Below are positions 28,239 through 32,000 of a stretch of 32,000 nucleotides of DNA, piece by piece. The position numbers were made by a program, and so were the translations under genes. The stretch is taken from contig NC_017080.1 in assembly GCF_000284115.1 (NCBI RefSeq), positions 120,001 through 152,000 on the forward strand, in the 5' to 3' direction. The DNA comes from Phycisphaera mikurensis NBRC 102666. GTDB taxonomy: Bacteria > Planctomycetota > Phycisphaerae > Phycisphaerales > Phycisphaeraceae. The first letter of the stretch is position 1; each line of letters opens with the position of its first letter. Below the pieces are notes generated by a model. It saw only the letters and a list, made by a program, of their open reading frames with translations. It had not been told where the DNA came from and ran no database searches.

Positions 28239-29444
28239 TCAGCGGACGTCGGCGGCGCCGGCTTGGGTGGTCGCGAAGCGCTTCTTGAGCTTGAGAAACG
28301 GCATCTCGAAGAAGCGGAAGGACAGCTCCGACACGCCCCAGGTCGCCGCCGCCGCCGCGATCGTCAGGAGCACCGTCCCGGGCAGCCCGTCGGTGCGGCC
28401 GGGCAGGCCCAGCCCCGCGAACGCGGCCTCGACGGCCACGAGCACCGGCTTGTGGAACAGGTAGATGCCGTAGCTGACCACCCCGATCCGCGCGAGCGGC
28501 TTCCAGCGGAGGCTCCTTCCCAGCGGCCCGTCGTCGCGGAGCAGCAGCGCCGCCAGGGCGAGCACCATGCCCAGCTGGAGCAGCGGGCGGGTGAGGCCGC
28601 GGATGTCGCCGGGCACGAGGAAGATCCCCAGGCACACCGCGACGAACCAGAAGGCGGGCGCCCCGGGGAAGCCGGCGACGCGGCGCACGGCCGCGAAGCC
28701 GCGCGGCGCGTGCAGCAGGTGTGCAAGCACCACGCCCAGCGCGATCGGGAGCAGCGTGGTGCCCAGCACCGATGGGAGGTTGACGACGCCCGCCTCGTCG
28801 TACCCGTAGACCGCCCCGATCCACGGATCCAGGAGGCCGAAGCTCACCGCCAGCGACGCGGCGATCACCGCCGCGAGCAGGACGTAGACGCCGGCCTTCC
28901 TCAGGAACTTCTCCGCCGGCGCCCAGAGCATGTAGAACTGCTCCTCGGTCGCCAGCGACCAGGTCACGTGCAGCAGGCCGGCGGGGATGACGACGAAGTT
29001 GGAGACGTAGAACGCCGCCGCGGGCAGGCTCGCGAGGATGTCGCCGGTGGTCGGATCGTCGGGCTTGAGCAGCGCGTACGCGCCCGCGATGCCGAAGAGG
29101 AAGGCGTAGTAGACCGGGAAGATCCGCAGCGAACGCCGCGCGTAGAAGCCCCGGAGGCTGATGCCGCCGTGCCGGTCCCGCTCGCGCAGCAGCAGGGTGA
29201 CGATCAGGAAGCCCGAGATCGCGAAGAAGACGTCCACGCCCAGGAAGCCGCGCGAGAGCCCGACGGACGGGAGCGTGCCGCCGCCGGCGTGGTGCCAGAC
29301 CACCGCGAGGATCGAGATCGCGCGGAGCCCATCGAGGCACGAGAAGAAGCGCGTGGCCCGCCACGCCTCGTAGCCCAGGGCGCCCGAGCGCGCGGCGGCC
29401 CCGGCGGGTGCGGTCTCGGCGACGGCGGGGTTCGCGGCGGTCAT
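28239..29444 (-). CDS. acyltransferase family 3 (OafA-like) integral membrane protein
   Basis: 401 aa with an ATG start at 29444. LDGLRAISILAVVWHHAGG, GFLGVDVFFAISGFLI, and about 10 hydrophobic helices, typical of Acyl_transf_3. Confidence 0.85.
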   Translation of the reverse strand: MTAANPAVAETAPAGAAARSGALGYEAWRATRFFSCLDGLRAISILAVVWHHAGGGTLPSVGLSRGFLGVDVFFAISGFLIVTLLLRERDRHGGISLRGFYARRSLRIFPVYYAFLFGIAGAYALLKPDDPTTGDILASLPAAAFYVSNFVVIPAGLLHVTWSLATEEQFYMLWAPAEKFLRKAGVYVLLAAVIAASLAVSFGLLDPWIGAVYGYDEAGVVNLPSVLGTTLLPIALGVVLAHLLHAPRGFAAVRRVAGFPGAPAFWFVAVCLGIFLVPGDIRGLTRPLLQLGMVLALAALLLRDDGPLGRSLRWKPLARIGVVSYGIYLFHKPVLVAVEAAFAGLGLPGRTDGLPGTVLLTIAAAAATWGVSELSFRFFEMPFLKLKKRFATTQAGAADVR

Positions 29445-29556
29445 GCGGGGGCTCGGGAGGGACGGGTCGCTCGCCCGGGTCGGGTGCCACCGCCGCGCGG
29501 CGGTCCTCCCTCGGCTTCCGCCTCCATCGGCCAGCGCCGGCCCGGAGGCCAGCGGA

Positions 29557-30957
29557 TCAGGGCCCGCCCGCCGCGCCGCCGCCGGTCGCCGCGTCGCCGG
29601 TCGCCCGCACCGTCATCGCCAGCACCGTCTGGTCGTCGCCGGCGCGGGCCCCGGCCTCGTGCTCCGCCAGCCGCTCGCGGAGCGTCTCCACCAGGCAATC
29701 CGCCTCGCCCGAGCAATCCGCCAGCGCCCGCTCGATGCCGCCGCGTCCGAAGAATCGCCCCGCCGGCGAGCGCGCTTCCTCGAGCCCGTCGGTGTAGAGC
29801 ACGAGCGCGTCGCCGGCCTGCAGCCGGAACTCGGCCGTCGGGTACGCGGCGTCGGGCATGACGCCCAGCGGCGGGCCGCCCTCGCCGCGGAGATCCAGAA
29901 CCTCCACCCCGCCGTCGCCGTGCTGCCGCCGCACCATCGGCAGCGGATGGCCCGCCCGGGCGTAGCGCAGCACGCCGGTGTCGGGGTTGTAGCCCGCGAC
30001 GAGGGCCGTCACGAAGATCCCCTCGATCCGCTTGCTGCACAGGTGCTCGTTGAGGAAGGCGCATGCCGTGCCGGCGGTCGCCTGGTGCTCGACGGGCATC
30101 GCCATGAGGATGCTCTGGAACATCGCCATCACCACCGCCGCCGCCGGTCCGTGGCCCGAAACGTCGGCCACCACCAGGCCCCAGGCGCCGATCGCCCGCC
30201 CCCGGTCGAGCCCGTCAACGCCCAACCCCCGGACGGTGTAGAAGTCGCCGCCGGCGGCGGCGGGCGTCTGGTACATCACCGCCAGCGACGCCCCGGGCAC
30301 GTCGGGCAGCCGCTCGGGCAGCAGCGCCCGCTGGATCTTGCCGATCCGCTCGACCTCGGCGTCCTGCTCGGCCGCCGCCTCGCGGATCTGCTCCGCGAGG
30401 CGGACCAGCCGCACGTTGCCGCCGACGAGGTTGCCCTGCAGCAGGGCTTCCCGCAGCTCCTCGTCGGTGAAGGGCTGGTCGTGCGCCCGCAGCTGCAGCG
30501 CCCAGTTGAGCGGCTCGCCGCCGTCGAAGAGCGGGACCGCCATCACGCTGCCGAAGCGCTCGGCGTCGGGCCCGAGCACCGCATCGCGGACGGCGCCCAA
30601 GCCGTTGCGCAGCCGCGGGCCGCCGCCGGCGATCATCTCGGCGATGAGGCCGCCGCGGTGCACCGGCAGCCTCCCCGCGTCGCGCCAGGGGTTGCCGCTC
30701 TCGATGGACTCGTCCTCGTCGGTCAGGAGACGGCGGGTCACGCGGTACTCGCCGTCGCCGAGGCCCCGCCGTGACACGGAGACGAAGCCGCCGAGGTGGC
30801 GCCCGCGGTGGAGCGCCTCGGCGAAGTGGCGGAGCACCTGCCGGGGGTCGCGGGCGGCGCTCACGCCGCGGAGCAGCTCGACGAGCCGGCCGAGGTCGGG
30901 CGGGACGGGTTCGTCGGCGGAGCCGTCTCCGCGCGGATCAGGCGGTTCCGGGGCCAT
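29557..30957 (-). CDS. GAF-like sensor / PP2C-type (SpoIIE/RsbU-family) serine phosphatase
   Basis: 466 aa with an ATG start at 30957. C-terminal SpoIIE motifs: GGDFYTV, VVADVSGHGPAAAVVMA, GYNPDTGVLRYARAGHPLPMV and LVLYTDGLEEA. An N-terminal ligand-binding-like domain of about 200 aa. Confidence 0.85.
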   Translation of the reverse strand: MAPEPPDPRGDGSADEPVPPDLGRLVELLRGVSAARDPRQVLRHFAEALHRGRHLGGFVSVSRRGLGDGEYRVTRRLLTDEDESIESGNPWRDAGRLPVHRGGLIAEMIAGGGPRLRNGLGAVRDAVLGPDAERFGSVMAVPLFDGGEPLNWALQLRAHDQPFTDEELREALLQGNLVGGNVRLVRLAEQIREAAAEQDAEVERIGKIQRALLPERLPDVPGASLAVMYQTPAAAGGDFYTVRGLGVDGLDRGRAIGAWGLVVADVSGHGPAAAVVMAMFQSILMAMPVEHQATAGTACAFLNEHLCSKRIEGIFVTALVAGYNPDTGVLRYARAGHPLPMVRRQHGDGGVEVLDLRGEGGPPLGVMPDAAYPTAEFRLQAGDALVLYTDGLEEARSPAGRFFGRGGIERALADCSGEADCLVETLRERLAEHEAGARAGDDQTVLAMTVRATGDAATGGGAAGGP

Positions 30958-30990
30958 GCCGCGAGCCTACCGGGGTAGCGTCCCGGCCCC

Positions 30991-31752
30991 GTGGAAGCCG
31001 CCGACCGCCCATCCGATCCGTTCACGCCCGGCGGGCTTGGCGTGGTGATCCCGGCCCGCAACGAGGTCGACGCGATCCCACGCCTCGCCGCCGCGCTCGC
31101 GCCGCTGCTCGCCGACGGGTCCATCGCCCGGGCGGTCCTCGTCGACAACGGCTCCACCGACGGCACCGCCGCCGCCGCGGAAGCCGCCGGCCTCGGCGTC
31201 GTCCGCGAGCCGGTCCGCGGCTACGGCGCCGCGTGCCTCGCGGGAATCGCCCGGCTGCGGGAGGACCGCCCGGCGCCCGCCGCGGTCGGCTTCCTCGACG
31301 CCGACCTCGCCGACGACCCGGGCTTGCTCCCCGCCCTCGCCGCCCCGGTGCTCGCCGGCGCGGCGGACCTCGCCCTGGGCCAGCGCCCCCGCCTCGCCGA
31401 GCCCGGCTCGCTCAACGGCCACCAGCGCTTCGGCAACACGCTCGCCACCGCCCTGCTCCGCCTCGCGACCGGCCGCCGCCACCGCGACCTGGGGCCGATG
31501 CGGGTCGTCTCCGCCGCCGCCCTCGACCGGCTGGAGATGGCCGATCGCACGTGGGGCTGGACGATCGAGATGCAGCACAAAGCCGCGACCCGCGGCCTCC
31601 GCGTGGTCGAGCTGGACGTTCCCTACCGCCGGCGGACCACCGGCCGGAGCAAGATCAGCGGATCCCTGACGGGCTCCGCCCGCGCCGCCGTGGTGATCGT
31701 CCGCACCGTCGCCGCGCTGTGGTGGAGCGAGCGGCGTCGGCCCGGAGCTTGA
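30991..31752 (+). CDS. family 2 glycosyltransferase
   Basis: 253 aa from the GTG at 30991; a later GTG near 31041 is possible. Motifs: VVIPARNE, VLVDNGSTDGTA, GYGAACLAG and VGFLDADLADDP (DxD). Confidence 0.8.
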   Translation: MEAADRPSDPFTPGGLGVVIPARNEVDAIPRLAAALAPLLADGSIARAVLVDNGSTDGTAAAAEAAGLGVVREPVRGYGAACLAGIARLREDRPAPAAVGFLDADLADDPGLLPALAAPVLAGAADLALGQRPRLAEPGSLNGHQRFGNTLATALLRLATGRRHRDLGPMRVVSAAALDRLEMADRTWGWTIEMQHKAATRGLRVVELDVPYRRRTTGRSKISGSLTGSARAAVVIVRTVAALWWSERRRPGA

Positions 31753-31783
31753 ACGCCGACGCTGCCGCGGCGGATGCCGCCCC

Positions 31784-32000
31784 TCATCCCGCCGCGGGCG
31801 CGTTCACGGCGCGGCGTCCCACGCTCACGTAGGTGAAGCCCGCCTCCTCCATCACCGCGGGCTTGTAGAGGTTCCGGCCGTCGAAGATCACCGGGGCCGC
31901 GAGCGTCTCGCGGAGCCGCTCGAGCGGGGGCTGCTTGAACTCCGGCCAGTCGGTGCAGATCAGAAGGGCGTCGGCGTCCCGGGCCGTGTCCATCGGGCGG
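31784..32000 (-). CDS. UDP-glucose/GDP-mannose 6-dehydrogenase family, C-terminal fragment (N-terminus beyond window)
   Basis: The frame stays open to the window edge. ADALLICTDWPEFKQPPLERLRETLAAPVIFDGRNLYKPAVMEEAGFTYVSVGR matches the UDPG_MGDP_dh C-terminal domain. Confidence 0.8.
   Translation of the reverse strand, partial: RPMDTARDADALLICTDWPEFKQPPLERLRETLAAPVIFDGRNLYKPAVMEEAGFTYVSVGRRAVNAPAAG

Overview
Very GC-rich bacterial chromosomal window (by eye well above 70% G+C). Because of this, all six frames carry long spurious ORFs, and only about 30 of the tracked ORFs look real. The gene content is compatible with a high-GC planctomycete (Phycisphaerae-like) genome: a BatA-type VWA protein with an N-terminal double-TM anchor, an orphan MoxR ATPase, an FtsQ-like POTRA protein, frequent TTG/GTG starts and 4-8 nt start/stop overlaps. 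That placement is inference only. Most genes are housekeeping. They include trxB, rhaM with a Gfo/Idh/MocA oxidoreductase, an FtsQ-like protein coupled to a polytopic membrane protein and a NUDIX hydrolase, and a ParC/GyrA-family topoisomerase subunit A. Also present are MoxR, a GxxExxY protein, recO, a cytoplasmic GH13 alpha-amylase, an FKBP-type PPIase and a PAS-LuxR regulator. The remainder are ribH, an archaeal-type glycogen debranching enzyme, a SpoU/TrmH methyltransferase, a BatA/VWA protein, purM, nadC, an acyltransferase-3 protein, a GAF-SpoIIE phosphatase, a GT2 glycosyltransferase and a partial UDP-glucose 6-dehydrogenase. I recognised no rRNA, tRNA, CRISPR array, transposase or integrase. 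The stand-out is the 1.35-kb gene-free gap at 8745-10092. It holds an exact 139-bp-period tandem array at about 8752-9473: five units plus a degenerate partial unit. Each unit is an 85-nt segment plus a 54-nt module of three nested palindromes, and the segment comes in two sequence variants. The array is followed by about 620 bp of noncoding DNA with a lower-GC core and a six-run C-tract (G-quadruplex-prone on the minus strand) about 100 nt upstream of moxR. I cannot assign the array to any repeat or RNA family I know. It is the best candidate for something undescribed here.
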